A program made the position numbers and the translations under genes. From the NCBI GenBank assembly GCA_045600125.1, contig JAZRXH010000100.1, positions 19,974-83,973 of the forward strand: DNA of 64,000 nucleotides, in the 5' to 3' direction. Under the pieces are notes generated by a model. That model had not been told where the DNA came from and ran no database searches. It saw only the letters and a program-made list of their open reading frames with translations. Numbering within the stretch: the first letter of the stretch is position 1; each line of letters starts with the position of its first letter. Of the stretch, positions 28,990 to 38,794 are shown piece by piece. This DNA comes from Eubacteriales bacterium. Its GTDB lineage: Bacteria; Bacillota; Clostridia; Oscillospirales; CAG-382.

Positions 28990-30345
28990 TTGCATTTTTG
29001 CAAAAGTCATGGTCATAACAAGATGGACAACGAACAGAAAATGCCGGTGCCCGTGATCAACGATACCGGGGCGGACGAAAAGGCGAAAAGGGTCATCCGC
29101 TACGACTTCACCGTAAAACCCTGGAAGCCCACCTTCCTCATGCTGGTCGCCAAATGGATCGTAGGCTGGCCCGACCTTGCCAGAAGAAAAACCACCATCA
29201 ACAAGCACAACATGGAGGACATCGAGGACAAGCCCTATCTTCTCCTCTCCAACCACGCCTCCATGGTGGATTTCAGCCTCATGCTCAGGGCGACCCATCC
29301 GCATCCCGTGAACAACGTGATGTCCATCGAGTGCTTCCACATCTATACGAATCCAGTGTGCAAGATGCTCGGCTGTATGGGCAAGCGCAAGTTCGTACAG
29401 GACTTTAACCTCATCCGCAACATCAAATACTGTCTGCATACCCTCGGCGATATTTTCTGCATGTACCCGGAGGCAAGGTACTCCCTCGAGGGCAAGACCT
29501 CCTATCTTCCCGACTCCCTCGGAAAGCTGGTAAAGCTCATGAAGGTGCCGGTGGTGGTCTTCAACATGAAGGGCAACTACGTTACCTGCCCCCAGTGGAA
29601 CAAGCATCAGAAAAAATCCCCGGTGATCGCCGACATGACCCAGATCATCACGGCAGAGGAGGCGGCGAGCCTTTCCGCCGAGGAGCTGAACGAGAGGATC
29701 AAAAAAGCGTTTGAATACGACGACTTCAAATGGCAGAAGGAAAACGGCATCGTCATCGACCATCCGAAGCGTGCCGAGAACCTGCATAAGCTTCTCTATA
29801 AATGCCCGCACTGCAAAAAAGAGTTCGAGATGGCGTCCGCCGGTACCGAGCTCCGGTGTAAGGCGTGCGGCAGAAGGTGGGAGATGACCGAGCTGGGAGA
29901 GCTCCGTGCCAAGGAGGGCGAAACTGAGTTTTCGCACATTCCGGACTGGACCGACTGGGAAAGAGAATGCGCCGCCGAGGAAATAAGAAACGGCACCTAC
30001 AAGATCGAGAAAAAGGTGCGGGTCGATACCCTTCCGCATCCGCTGTTTCCCTACCGCAAGCAGGGGATCGGTACCTTCCGGCAGGATCTCGAGGGCACGA
30101 GGATACTCCTCGACAGCTACTACGGCGGCAAGCCCTTCGAGCTTTTCCGTGCGGCGGGCGAGCTGGACAGCATCCACATCGAATATGATTTCCGCCATAT
30201 CAGCGACGCTCTTGAGGTATCGCTTCCCGACGACAGCTTCTGGTGCTTCTTCGAGAACGACGGCATGATCACCAAGGTCGCCTTCGCCGTGGAGGAGCTG
30301 TACAAGCAGAGCTGCGGAAGACTGAACGGAGAAAACGGAAACTGA
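28990..30345 (+). CDS. Lysophospholipid acyltransferase (PlsC/LPLAT-like) with C-terminal zinc-ribbon-containing domain
   Basis: HX4D motif LLSNHASMVDF. CPHCKKEF...CKACGRRW ribbon. The start is ambiguous: TTG 28990 behind GAAAGGA, or ATG 29023. Confidence 0.7.
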   Translation: MHFCKSHGHNKMDNEQKMPVPVINDTGADEKAKRVIRYDFTVKPWKPTFLMLVAKWIVGWPDLARRKTTINKHNMEDIEDKPYLLLSNHASMVDFSLMLRATHPHPVNNVMSIECFHIYTNPVCKMLGCMGKRKFVQDFNLIRNIKYCLHTLGDIFCMYPEARYSLEGKTSYLPDSLGKLVKLMKVPVVVFNMKGNYVTCPQWNKHQKKSPVIADMTQIITAEEAASLSAEELNERIKKAFEYDDFKWQKENGIVIDHPKRAENLHKLLYKCPHCKKEFEMASAGTELRCKACGRRWEMTELGELRAKEGETEFSHIPDWTDWERECAAEEIRNGTYKIEKKVRVDTLPHPLFPYRKQGIGTFRQDLEGTRILLDSYYGGKPFELFRAAGELDSIHIEYDFRHISDALEVSLPDDSFWCFFENDGMITKVAFAVEELYKQSCGRLNGENGN

Positions 30346-30384
30346 CTTTTTGCACAATCGTAATCACGAAAAGGAGCGATTCTC

Positions 30385-31164
30385 ATGCGCATCATGACAA
30401 GCAATATCTGGGGCGATTACTTCGGCAACCCCGTAAGCGTGCGGGAGGGAGACCTGCTTTCAGTCTATGAAAAATACAGCCCCGACGTTCTGGGACTGCA
30501 GGAAGCCACAAAGGGCTGGTACGACGGAAAAATGTTCCCGGCGCTTTCGGAAAATTATCTTTTCGTCGGCACCGAGCTTTACGAAAACACGAATTTCGTC
30601 CCGCTTCTCGTGAAGAAGGGAAGGTTCGACCTCCGTGCCAAGGGTTACGAAATGCTGAACGATACCCCCGACCGCTCCAAGGCGATCACCTGGGCGTATC
30701 TTATCGACAAGGAGAGCGGCAAGGGCTTTGCCGTCTGCAACACCCACTTCTGGTGGAAGGCAGGGGAGGAGCATGAGCTTCTCCGGAAGCAGAACGCCGA
30801 GCAGCTCCTTTCGCTGATGCGCACTCTCGAAGCCCGCTTCGCCTGCCCGGTCTTTGCCTTCGGCGATATGAACTGCAATCTGAAATCCCCCGCCTTTGAT
30901 TTCTACCGGGAGAACAGAGTAAAACTCCTCGAGCTCTGCGCAAAGGAGACCACGACGGCGTGCTCTTATCACTTCGACCCCGTTCTCGGGGAGGACGGAA
31001 GGTATCACGGCAAGATGCCCTCCGAAAAGCACGACGTGAACGTGTCCATCGACCACATCATCGGCATCGGCGATTTTACAGCCGAAAGGTTTGCCATCGT
31101 CACCGACCGGGAGGCGCTCGATGCGACCGACCACTGCCCGGTCTTCACTGACGTGGAGATCTGA
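30385..31164 (+). CDS. Endonuclease/exonuclease/phosphatase (EEP) family protein
   Basis: MTSNIWGDYFGN, VLGLQEA, FGDMN and the terminal DHCPVFTDVEI are typical of the EEP fold. Confidence 0.75.
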   Translation: MRIMTSNIWGDYFGNPVSVREGDLLSVYEKYSPDVLGLQEATKGWYDGKMFPALSENYLFVGTELYENTNFVPLLVKKGRFDLRAKGYEMLNDTPDRSKAITWAYLIDKESGKGFAVCNTHFWWKAGEEHELLRKQNAEQLLSLMRTLEARFACPVFAFGDMNCNLKSPAFDFYRENRVKLLELCAKETTTACSYHFDPVLGEDGRYHGKMPSEKHDVNVSIDHIIGIGDFTAERFAIVTDREALDATDHCPVFTDVEI

Positions 31165-31272
31165 CCGATTTTGCGTTTCTCTTTCAAAAAAGATTTTCCG
31201 GGGAAGAGCACCGGAAAACAAGGAGAAAGCAAGGTAAAAACAAGAAAAAGCAAAAGAGAATACGGAACTCTG

Positions 31273-31323
31273 ACCGCCGTTTTCTTCTCACTCCGGGAGA
31301 GGAAACACGGCGGTTTTCCTTTT
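31273..31323 (+). terminator. Rho-independent terminator after EEP gene
   Basis: Stem ACCGCCGTTTTC/GAAA(C)ACGGCGGT (one bulge) followed by TTTCCTTTT. Confidence 0.55.
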
Positions 31324-31437
31324 GCCCTCCGCACCGGCTTTTTGCCGCATTTTAACGCATTCATCATTGTCCCGTGATTTTTTTACAAAATATGCGGAAA
31401 TTCGACGAAAAAAGCCCGAATGTACATATTCCCGCCC

Positions 31438-31466
31438 TTGCTTTTTTCTTCCCATTGTGATATAAT
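31438..31466 (+). promoter_or_regulatory. Candidate promoter of smpB (long leader)
   Basis: TTGCTT - 17 nt - TGaTATAAT. Predicts a ~145-nt leader. Confidence 0.4.
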
Positions 31467-31616
31467 ACCGCAGAATGGATATAATGTGCAATGCTGTGCG
31501 CTGTCGGCAGGAACGGTAATTTTGTTTCTTTATGTATAATCCCGGAAAAAGGTTCTGCGCCGAAAAATGGCGGCGGAAGGCAAAGCACCGCAAAAGACGA
31601 TAAGGGGAGTGAGAAT

Positions 31617-32096
31617 ATGGCAAACAAACCCTCGAAGGACGGCATTTTCATTGCCGCACAGAATAAAAAAGCATATCACGACTATTTTGTCCTCGAGACC
31701 TACGAGGCGGGCATCGAGCTCTTCGGCACCGAGGTAAAGAGCGTCCGTGCCTCGGGAGTCAACATGAAGGACTCCTACTGTTACATCGAAAAAGGCGAGC
31801 TGTATATGTCGGGCGTCCACATCAGCCCCTACGAAAAAGGCAATATCTTCAACAAGGACCCTCTGCGGATCCGCCGCCTTCTGATGCACAAGCGGGAGAT
31901 CATGAAGCTCTTCGGCAGAGTCGGCACCGAGGGTGTGACCCTCGTTCCGCTGAAAATGTACTTCAAGGGCTCGAAGGTCAAGGCGGAGATTGGCCTTTGC
32001 AAGGGTAAAAAGCTCTACGACAAGCGGGACGATGCCGCAAGGAAGCAGGCGCAGCGGGATATCGACCGCTACACCAAGGAAAACGACAGATACTGA
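31617..32096 (+). CDS. smpB: SsrA-binding protein
   Basis: NKKAYHDYFVLETYEAGIELFGTEVKS. Start at MANKPSK behind AAGGGGAG. Confidence 0.92.
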   Translation: MANKPSKDGIFIAAQNKKAYHDYFVLETYEAGIELFGTEVKSVRASGVNMKDSYCYIEKGELYMSGVHISPYEKGNIFNKDPLRIRRLLMHKREIMKLFGRVGTEGVTLVPLKMYFKGSKVKAEIGLCKGKKLYDKRDDAARKQAQRDIDRYTKENDRY

Positions 32097-32157
32097 TTTT
32101 TGTTTTTCCCCGAAGAGGAAAAGAGGAGAAAACGAAAAAACGGAAGGAAAGAAAGGC

Positions 32158-33693
32158 ATGCTTTCAAAAGTAAAGAGCGCCGCCATATACGGGATCGAGG
32201 GCTGCGTGGTGGACGTTGAGTGCTACTGCACCAACAACATCCCGCATTTCGAGCTGGTCGGTCTTCCCGATACGTCGGTGCGTGAATCCTATAACCGGAT
32301 ACGGGCGGCGATCAAGAACTCGGATATCCCGTTCCCGCCCATGAGCATCACCGTGAACCTTGCCCCGGCGGATATGCTGAAGCAGGGCACGGCTTACGAT
32401 GCGGCGATCCTCGTGTCCATCCTCAAATGCACCGAGCTCTGCGAGTGCGATCTTGACGGCAAGTGCTTCGCCGGAGAGCTTTCTCTCGGCGGTGAGCTGC
32501 GGCACACGAACGGTATCCTCGCCATGACCATTGCGGCAAGGAATGCGGGGCTTCGTGAGATGTACGTGCCCATGGACAACGTGCCGGAGGCTTCGGTGGT
32601 GGACGGCATCGACGTGTACGGCGTGCCGGACGTGACCACCCTCGTGCTGCATCTTCTCAAAGGCGGCATTCTGAAGAAAGCCGAATGCGACAGAGATGCT
32701 CTCTTCAGGCTCTCCTACGAGGGCATGGCGGATTTTGCCGACGTAAAAGGGCAGGAGACGGTGAAAAAAGCCATCGAGGTCGCAGCGGCGGGCATGCACA
32801 ATATACTGCTGATCGGTCCTCCCGGCACCGGAAAGAGTATGCTGGCAAAGCGTATCCCCGGTATCCTGCCGCCCATGGATTTTGAAGAATCGCTCCGGAC
32901 AACCGCCGTTTATTCGGCGGCGGGAATGCTGGGAAGCGGGCAGGCGATGATCACAAGACGACCCTTCCGTTCCCCTCATCACACCATGTCGGCGGCGGGT
33001 CTTGTGGGCGGAGGAAAGATCCCTCAGCCCGGCGAGGTCTCTCTTGCGGACAACGGCGTGCTTTTCCTCGACGAGCTCCCCGAGTTCCCGAAGGACGTGA
33101 CCGAGGGACTGCGGCAGCCTCTTGAGGACGGGCAGGTGGTCATTACGAGAGTGAACGGAAAGTTCACCTTCCCCTGCCGCTTTATGCTGGTGGCGGCGAT
33201 GAACCCCTGCAAGTGCGGATACTACGGCCATCCCACAAAGCCGTGTACCTGCCCCAAGGGCTCGATATCCAAATACCTTGCCAAAATATCGGGACCGCTC
33301 CTCGACCGAATGGACGTGCAGATCGAGGTGCCCTCCCTTACCTACGACGCTCTTGCCGAGCCGGCTCCTTCCGAAAGCAGTGAGAAGGTACGGGAGAGAG
33401 TGCTGGACGCCCGGGAGATCATGACAAAGCGCTATGCGGGCACCGGTGTCATCGCCAACGGCGACCTGCCTCCCGCCCTCATCCGGAAATACTGTATCCT
33501 CGAGGACGATGCGGCATCGCTTCTGAAGGTCTCCTTCGATAAGCTCGGACTTTCCGCAAGAGGCTACGACCGTATCCTCCGGGTATCGAGGACGGTGGCG
33601 GATATGGCAAAGAGCGAAAAGATCAAGCGGGAGCACATTGCGCAGGCGATCCAGTACCGGAGCCTTGACAGAAAGTACTGGAGCAACATCTGA
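32158..33693 (+). CDS. YifB/ComM-family Mg-chelatase-like AAA+ ATPase
   Basis: N-terminal Lon-protease-like domain, Walker A LIGPPGTGKSMLAKR, Walker B LFLDELPEF, zinc-like CKCGYYGHPTKPCTC. Confidence 0.9.
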   Translation: MLSKVKSAAIYGIEGCVVDVECYCTNNIPHFELVGLPDTSVRESYNRIRAAIKNSDIPFPPMSITVNLAPADMLKQGTAYDAAILVSILKCTELCECDLDGKCFAGELSLGGELRHTNGILAMTIAARNAGLREMYVPMDNVPEASVVDGIDVYGVPDVTTLVLHLLKGGILKKAECDRDALFRLSYEGMADFADVKGQETVKKAIEVAAAGMHNILLIGPPGTGKSMLAKRIPGILPPMDFEESLRTTAVYSAAGMLGSGQAMITRRPFRSPHHTMSAAGLVGGGKIPQPGEVSLADNGVLFLDELPEFPKDVTEGLRQPLEDGQVVITRVNGKFTFPCRFMLVAAMNPCKCGYYGHPTKPCTCPKGSISKYLAKISGPLLDRMDVQIEVPSLTYDALAEPAPSESSEKVRERVLDAREIMTKRYAGTGVIANGDLPPALIRKYCILEDDAASLLKVSFDKLGLSARGYDRILRVSRTVADMAKSEKIKREHIAQAIQYRSLDRKYWSNI

Positions 33694-33760
33694 GAAACCG
33701 AAAACGTAAAGACAAAGCGAACGAATAAACCACAAACAAAAAGAAAACGGAGAAAGACAA

Positions 33761-35911
33761 GTGGCTGATACGAATACGACGAAAAAGAAACAGACCAAAG
33801 AATACGGCGAAAACAGCATATCCTCCCTGAAGGGGCCGGAACAGGTCCGGAAGCGCCCGGCGGTCATCTTCGGCTCGGACGGCCTCGACGGCTGTGAGCA
33901 CTGCTTCTTCGAGATCCTCTCCAACTCCATCGACGAGGCGAAGGCGGGCTACGGCGATAAGATCATCGTCACGGTGACAAAGGACATGACCCTCACCGTG
34001 GAGGACTTCGGACGGGGCGTGCCCCTCGACTGGAACGAAAACGAGCAGAAGTACAACTGGGAGCTGGTCTACTGCACCATGTACGCCGGCGGCAAATACA
34101 ACAACGACGACGGCGAGGCGTATGAATATTCCCTCGGACTCAACGGACTCGGCGCCTGCGCAACCCAGTTCGCCTCCGAGTTCATGAACGTCACCAGCTA
34201 CCGAAAAAACGCCAAATACGAAATACACTTTGAAAAGGGCTTCCCGAAGGGCGAGCTTGTAAAGTCCGAGCCGAACCGCAAACGGACCGGCACCGTCACC
34301 ACATGGAAGCCGGACTTAGAGGTCTTCACCGACATCTACTTCTCGAAGGACTTCGTCATCGGCGTCCTCAAAAAGCAGGCGGTGGTCAATTCCAACCTCA
34401 CCCTGGTTCTGAAATACGAGGAAGCGGACGGAAAGTTCGACACCATGGAATTCCTCTATAAGCGGGGCATCGAAGACTACGTGGACGAGCTTCTCAGCTC
34501 CCCCGATAAGGTGCGCATTGCCGAGATGGCTGCCGAAAACGGCGGCAAGGACTCCGACGAGGACGACGACAGCGAGGCAGCCATGAAGGCGGCTCTCGAA
34601 AAAGAGGAAAAGGACGAGGCGGCGGATTCCGAACCCGTTTCCTATGCCCTCACAAAGCCACAGTATATCTCCTGCGAGAGAGCGGGACGGGACAGAGAGG
34701 ACCTGCCGGAATACAAGCTGAAGATCGAGGCGGTGTTCTGCTTCTCGAACTACGTGAATACCGTGGAGTTCTACCATAATTCCTCCTTCCTCGAGCACGG
34801 CGGCGCCCCGGATAAAGCGACGAGAAGCGCCTTCGTCCGTGCCTTCGATAAGTACATCAAGGCGCAGAACAAATACTCCAGGAACGAGTCGAAGATCTCC
34901 TACAACGACATCGAGGAGACTCTCGTGTTCGTGGTCAACTCCCACTCCACGAGAACGTCTTATGAGAATCAGACGAAAAAGGCCATCACCAATACCTTCA
35001 TCGCCGAGGCGATGACCGACTTCTTCGAGCATTCCCTCGAGGTCTACTTTGCGGAGAACCCCAAGGAAGCCGAGAAGATCGCCGCTCAGATTCTCGTCAA
35101 TAAGCGCAGCCGTGAAAACGTGGAGAAGGCACGGATCGAGATCAAGAAAAAGCTCACCGGCGGCAACCTTTCCTCCATCGCCGACCGGGTGGAGAAGTTC
35201 GTCAACTGCCGCTCGAAGGATGCGGAGAAGAAAGAGCTTTACATCGTAGAGGGCGACTCCGCCATGACCTCGGTAAAGCACGCCCGTGACCCGGAATTTC
35301 AGGCGGTCATGCCGGTCAGAGGCAAGACCCTCAACTGCATGAAGAGCACCTACGACAAGATCTTCGCCAGCAAGATCATCGTGGACCTTCTCAAGGTCAT
35401 CGGATGCGGCGTGGAGATCAAGGCAAAGGGAAACAAGAACCTTTCACAGTTCAGCCTCGAATCGCTCCGGTGGAACAAGATTATCATCTGCACCGATGCC
35501 GACGAGGACGGCTACCAGATAAGGACGCTGATCCTCACTATGTTCTACCGGCTTCTTCCTACCCTTATCCGCATGGGCAAGGTGTACATCGCCGAGTCGC
35601 CTCTGTTTGAGATACGGGTCAAGGACAAGAGCTACTACGCCTACACCGAAAAGGAAAAGGTCGAGATCCTCTCAAAACTCGGGGACGCCAAGTACATCAT
35701 CCAGCGCTCGAAGGGTCTCGGTGAGAACGACGCCGAAATGATGTCCTTCACCACCATGTCGCCCGCCACGAGAAGACTCATCAAGATCGTCCCGGAGGAC
35801 GAGGCGGCAACGCTCCAGATGTTCAACACCCTCCTCGGTGACGACATCTTCGCAAGAAAAGCCTTCATCTCCGCCCACGGCGCCGAATACATCGAGCTCG
35901 CCGACGTGTGA
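33761..35911 (+). CDS. Type IIA topoisomerase subunit B (GyrB/ParE-like paralog)
   Basis: GHKL motifs EILSNSIDEA, DFGRGVP, GLNGLGA. Toprim motifs YIVEGDSA, CTDADEDGYQI. GTG start behind ACGGAGAAAG. Acidic insertion SDEDDDSEAAMKAALEKEEKDEAADSE. Confidence 0.8.
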   Translation: MADTNTTKKKQTKEYGENSISSLKGPEQVRKRPAVIFGSDGLDGCEHCFFEILSNSIDEAKAGYGDKIIVTVTKDMTLTVEDFGRGVPLDWNENEQKYNWELVYCTMYAGGKYNNDDGEAYEYSLGLNGLGACATQFASEFMNVTSYRKNAKYEIHFEKGFPKGELVKSEPNRKRTGTVTTWKPDLEVFTDIYFSKDFVIGVLKKQAVVNSNLTLVLKYEEADGKFDTMEFLYKRGIEDYVDELLSSPDKVRIAEMAAENGGKDSDEDDDSEAAMKAALEKEEKDEAADSEPVSYALTKPQYISCERAGRDREDLPEYKLKIEAVFCFSNYVNTVEFYHNSSFLEHGGAPDKATRSAFVRAFDKYIKAQNKYSRNESKISYNDIEETLVFVVNSHSTRTSYENQTKKAITNTFIAEAMTDFFEHSLEVYFAENPKEAEKIAAQILVNKRSRENVEKARIEIKKKLTGGNLSSIADRVEKFVNCRSKDAEKKELYIVEGDSAMTSVKHARDPEFQAVMPVRGKTLNCMKSTYDKIFASKIIVDLLKVIGCGVEIKAKGNKNLSQFSLESLRWNKIIICTDADEDGYQIRTLILTMFYRLLPTLIRMGKVYIAESPLFEIRVKDKSYYAYTEKEKVEILSKLGDAKYIIQRSKGLGENDAEMMSFTTMSPATRRLIKIVPEDEAATLQMFNTLLGDDIFARKAFISAHGAEYIELADV

Positions 35912-35977
35912 GAAATGCCGCAGAAAAACGGAAAAAACAAAAGCAGCCGAAACGGCAGGCAGCAAAGGAAAGAGAAA

Positions 35978-36787
35978 ATGGGTAAATTTGACGGCTGGAC
36001 GATGGTCACCGACCTCGACGGCACCTTCACGAGAGAGAAGGAAATCTGCGGTGAAAACCGTGAATACGTAAAATACTTTCAGGAAAACGGCGGCGTTTTC
36101 ACCGTCGCCACCGGAAGACTCCGCCACTATATCGACGAGTTTTCGGACTTTATGCCCAACGCACCGGTCATCTCGCACAACGGAGCGGTCGTATACGACC
36201 GGAGGAGCGACCGGGTGCTTTACAAGTCGCCTCTCAAGGTCTCGGTGAGCGAGGTGAACGATTTTATTATGAGCTTCGACTCCTGCGCCAGCGTCTCGAT
36301 GCACGACCTCGACCACAGCCGACTTTACGGCGTCGATGAGACACCGGCGGACAACTGCTGGTATAAGGGCGTTGCATGGGGCTTTACCGATGCGGAAAAA
36401 GCGACCCTTCTGCGGAACGCTCTCGCCCAAAAGTACGGCAGCGTGTGCGAGGTGTTCAAGTCCTGGAATACGGGCGTGGAATATCTTGATTTCGGCGTGA
36501 ACAAGGGCAGGGCGCTGACCGAGCTCAAAAAGCACCTCGGCAGTGCGGCAAAATATACCGTTGCCTTCGGCGACGAGGAGAACGACGCCAAAATGCTGCA
36601 AAGCGCCGACTTCGGCTTTACCGTGGAAAACGGTTCGGAGGCGGCAAAGAAAGCGGCGTGCGAGACCCTTCCGCATTATACCACCGGGGTCATTGCCCTT
36701 GTGATAAAGCGTCTTGACGAAGGACTTGACAGCGCCGGCACCCCGAAGGACGGCTTCTGTCTTGTACATAAAGCAGAAGAGGCTTGA
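35978..36787 (+). CDS. HAD-IIB (Cof-type) phosphatase
   Basis: MVTDLDGTF (DxD motif) and FGDEENDAKM. Confidence 0.8.
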   Translation: MGKFDGWTMVTDLDGTFTREKEICGENREYVKYFQENGGVFTVATGRLRHYIDEFSDFMPNAPVISHNGAVVYDRRSDRVLYKSPLKVSVSEVNDFIMSFDSCASVSMHDLDHSRLYGVDETPADNCWYKGVAWGFTDAEKATLLRNALAQKYGSVCEVFKSWNTGVEYLDFGVNKGRALTELKKHLGSAAKYTVAFGDEENDAKMLQSADFGFTVENGSEAAKKAACETLPHYTTGVIALVIKRLDEGLDSAGTPKDGFCLVHKAEEA

Positions 36788-36836
36788 AAAATCAAAACGG
36801 ACGATAAGCGAAACGAAGAAATAAAGGACAGTACGT

Positions 36837-37712
36837 ATGTGGAAATCAGAACAGTGGAAGGACTATGAGCTTCTCGACACCTCCGACGGCGAAAGGCTGG
36901 AAAGGTGGGGCGACGTGATCCTCGTCCGTCCTGACCCGCAGGTCATCTGGCAGAACTGCAAGAGACATAAGCTTTGGAACGAATACGACGCAAGATATAT
37001 CCGCTCCTCCAAAGGCGGCGGCGAATGGGATGTCAGAAGTCTTCCGAAGGAAAAAACGGAAAACGGCTGGACGATCCGGAAGGGAGACCTTTCCTTCCGC
37101 ATAAAGCCTACCGGCTTCAAGCACACCGGCGTGTTCCCGGAGCAGGCGGTGAACTGGGAGTGGATGGACGAAAAGATTCGGAAGGAGTCGAAGCCCGTCT
37201 CGGTGCTCAACCTCTTCGCCTATACCGGCGGCGCAACCATCGCCTGTGCGGCGGCGGGAGCCTCGGTGTGCCACGTGGACGCCTCAAAGGGCATCGTAGC
37301 GTGGGCAAAGGAGAACGCCGAGCTTTCGGGACTGAAAGACGCTCCCATCCGCTACATCGTGGACGACTGCAAGAAATTCCTCGAGCGGGAGATCCGCCGG
37401 GGACATCATTACGACGGACTCATCATGGACCCGCCCTCCTACGGCAGAGGCCCCGGCGGGGAGGTCTGGAAGCTGGAGGACGGCATCTGCGAGCTCCTTT
37501 CGCTGGCAGTCAGGGTCATGAGCGAGAAGCCGCTGTTCTTCCTCGTCAATTCCTATACCACCGGACTTTCGGCGTCCACCGTGGGCTATCTTCTGAACCT
37601 CTACATGAAGGACTTCGGAGGAAAGGTCACGGCAGAGGAGATCGGCATCCCCGTTACGGCGAGCGGCATGCCTCTTCCCGCCGGTGCCAGCGCCCGCTGG
37701 GAGAGAGAATGA
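36837..37712 (+). CDS. Class I SAM-dependent RNA methyltransferase (RlmI/RlmK catalytic-domain-like, no PUA)
   Basis: LNLFAYTGGATIACAAAGA (motif I) and LIMDPPSYGRG (motif IV). Confidence 0.75.
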   Translation: MWKSEQWKDYELLDTSDGERLERWGDVILVRPDPQVIWQNCKRHKLWNEYDARYIRSSKGGGEWDVRSLPKEKTENGWTIRKGDLSFRIKPTGFKHTGVFPEQAVNWEWMDEKIRKESKPVSVLNLFAYTGGATIACAAAGASVCHVDASKGIVAWAKENAELSGLKDAPIRYIVDDCKKFLEREIRRGHHYDGLIMDPPSYGRGPGGEVWKLEDGICELLSLAVRVMSEKPLFFLVNSYTTGLSASTVGYLLNLYMKDFGGKVTAEEIGIPVTASGMPLPAGASARWERE

Positions 37713-37800
37713 CCGCACGGCGGCGCAAAGGCACGAAAGCACGGAAGAACGGAAGAACGGCAGCACGGAAGAAAACAGACAACGACAAGAGGTAGTTACA

Positions 37801-38697
37801 TTGGCAAGCTTGGCTAATTCGGAGAATTCCGAAAACATCATCGAGGTAAAGGATCTCGGTTTTGCCTATAAGCTCTCGGACGGCAGCGACAAAGCGGTGC
37901 TCCATAACATGAGCTTCGACATAAAGAAGGGGAGCTTTACCGCCGTTATCGGCCATAACGGCTCGGGCAAATCAACCCTTTCAAAGCTCCTTTGCGGTAT
38001 GCTCGTTCCCACGTCGGGAGAGGTGACCGTCAAATGCGCCGGTACCGAATACCGCACCGACGACGAGGAGCATTTCTATGACATAAGAAAGAGCTTCGGC
38101 ATGGTCTTCCAGAACCCCGATAACCAGCTGGTGGCGACGGTGGTGGAGGAGGACGTGGCGTTCGCTCCGGAAAACATGGGCGTGGAACCGGCTGAGATCC
38201 GCCGGCGGGTGGACGAAGCACTGGACATCGTGGGACTCCGTGAGTACGCTCTTCACGACACCCATAAGCTCTCGGGAGGACAGAAGCAGAAGCTGGCGAT
38301 CGCCGGCATTCTCGCCATGCTCCCCGAATGCATCATCTTCGACGAATCGACCGCCATGCTGGACCCCAAGGGACGGGAGGACGTGATGCGCACCATCCTG
38401 CGTCTGCGGGACGAAATGGGTATCACCGTCATCCTCATCACCCACTATATGAACGAGGCGGCAAAGGCGGACAGGATCCTCGTCATCGACGAGGGACGTC
38501 TTCTCTGCGACGGAACGCCGAGAGAGGTGTTCGCAAAAGACGAAATGCTGTACGGCGCCGGGCTTGAGGCTCCGCAGAGCTCGAACCTCGTAAAGCGCCT
38601 TGCCTCTGCGGGAGCGCCGATCAAAAGAACGGTTCTGAATCCCGAAGAGGCGGCAGAAGAGCTTCTTCCCCTCATAAAACGGGAAACGCCGCAATAA
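37801..38697 (+). CDS. ecfA1: ECF transporter ATPase component
   Basis: Walker A GHNGSGKST, signature LSGGQKQ, Walker B IIFDEST. There is no ATG before the Walker A, so TTG 37801 behind AAGAGG is proposed. The track start 37684 would overlap the previous gene. Confidence 0.85.
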   Translation: MASLANSENSENIIEVKDLGFAYKLSDGSDKAVLHNMSFDIKKGSFTAVIGHNGSGKSTLSKLLCGMLVPTSGEVTVKCAGTEYRTDDEEHFYDIRKSFGMVFQNPDNQLVATVVEEDVAFAPENMGVEPAEIRRRVDEALDIVGLREYALHDTHKLSGGQKQKLAIAGILAMLPECIIFDESTAMLDPKGREDVMRTILRLRDEMGITVILITHYMNEAAKADRILVIDEGRLLCDGTPREVFAKDEMLYGAGLEAPQSSNLVKRLASAGAPIKRTVLNPEEAAEELLPLIKRETPQ

Positions 38698-38794
38698 GAT
38701 AAAACGTGTAAAACGTGCGGCAGACAGATTCCTGAACGGAAATCAAAGAATCTGAAAAGAAAAGCACGAAAGAAAAATCAGGAAAGAAAAACAG

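Noticed and set aside
31171-31377. 68-aa plus-strand ORF after the EEP gene.
   Set aside because: It is lysine-rich and low-complexity, spans the terminator hairpin and has no RBS. It is most likely non-coding.
31165-32157. tmRNA (ssrA) next to smpB.
   Set aside because: I scanned both flanks for a tRNA-like acceptor/T-arm (GGTTCGAnTCC ... CCA) and a tag-reading-frame context and found none. ssrA is presumably elsewhere.
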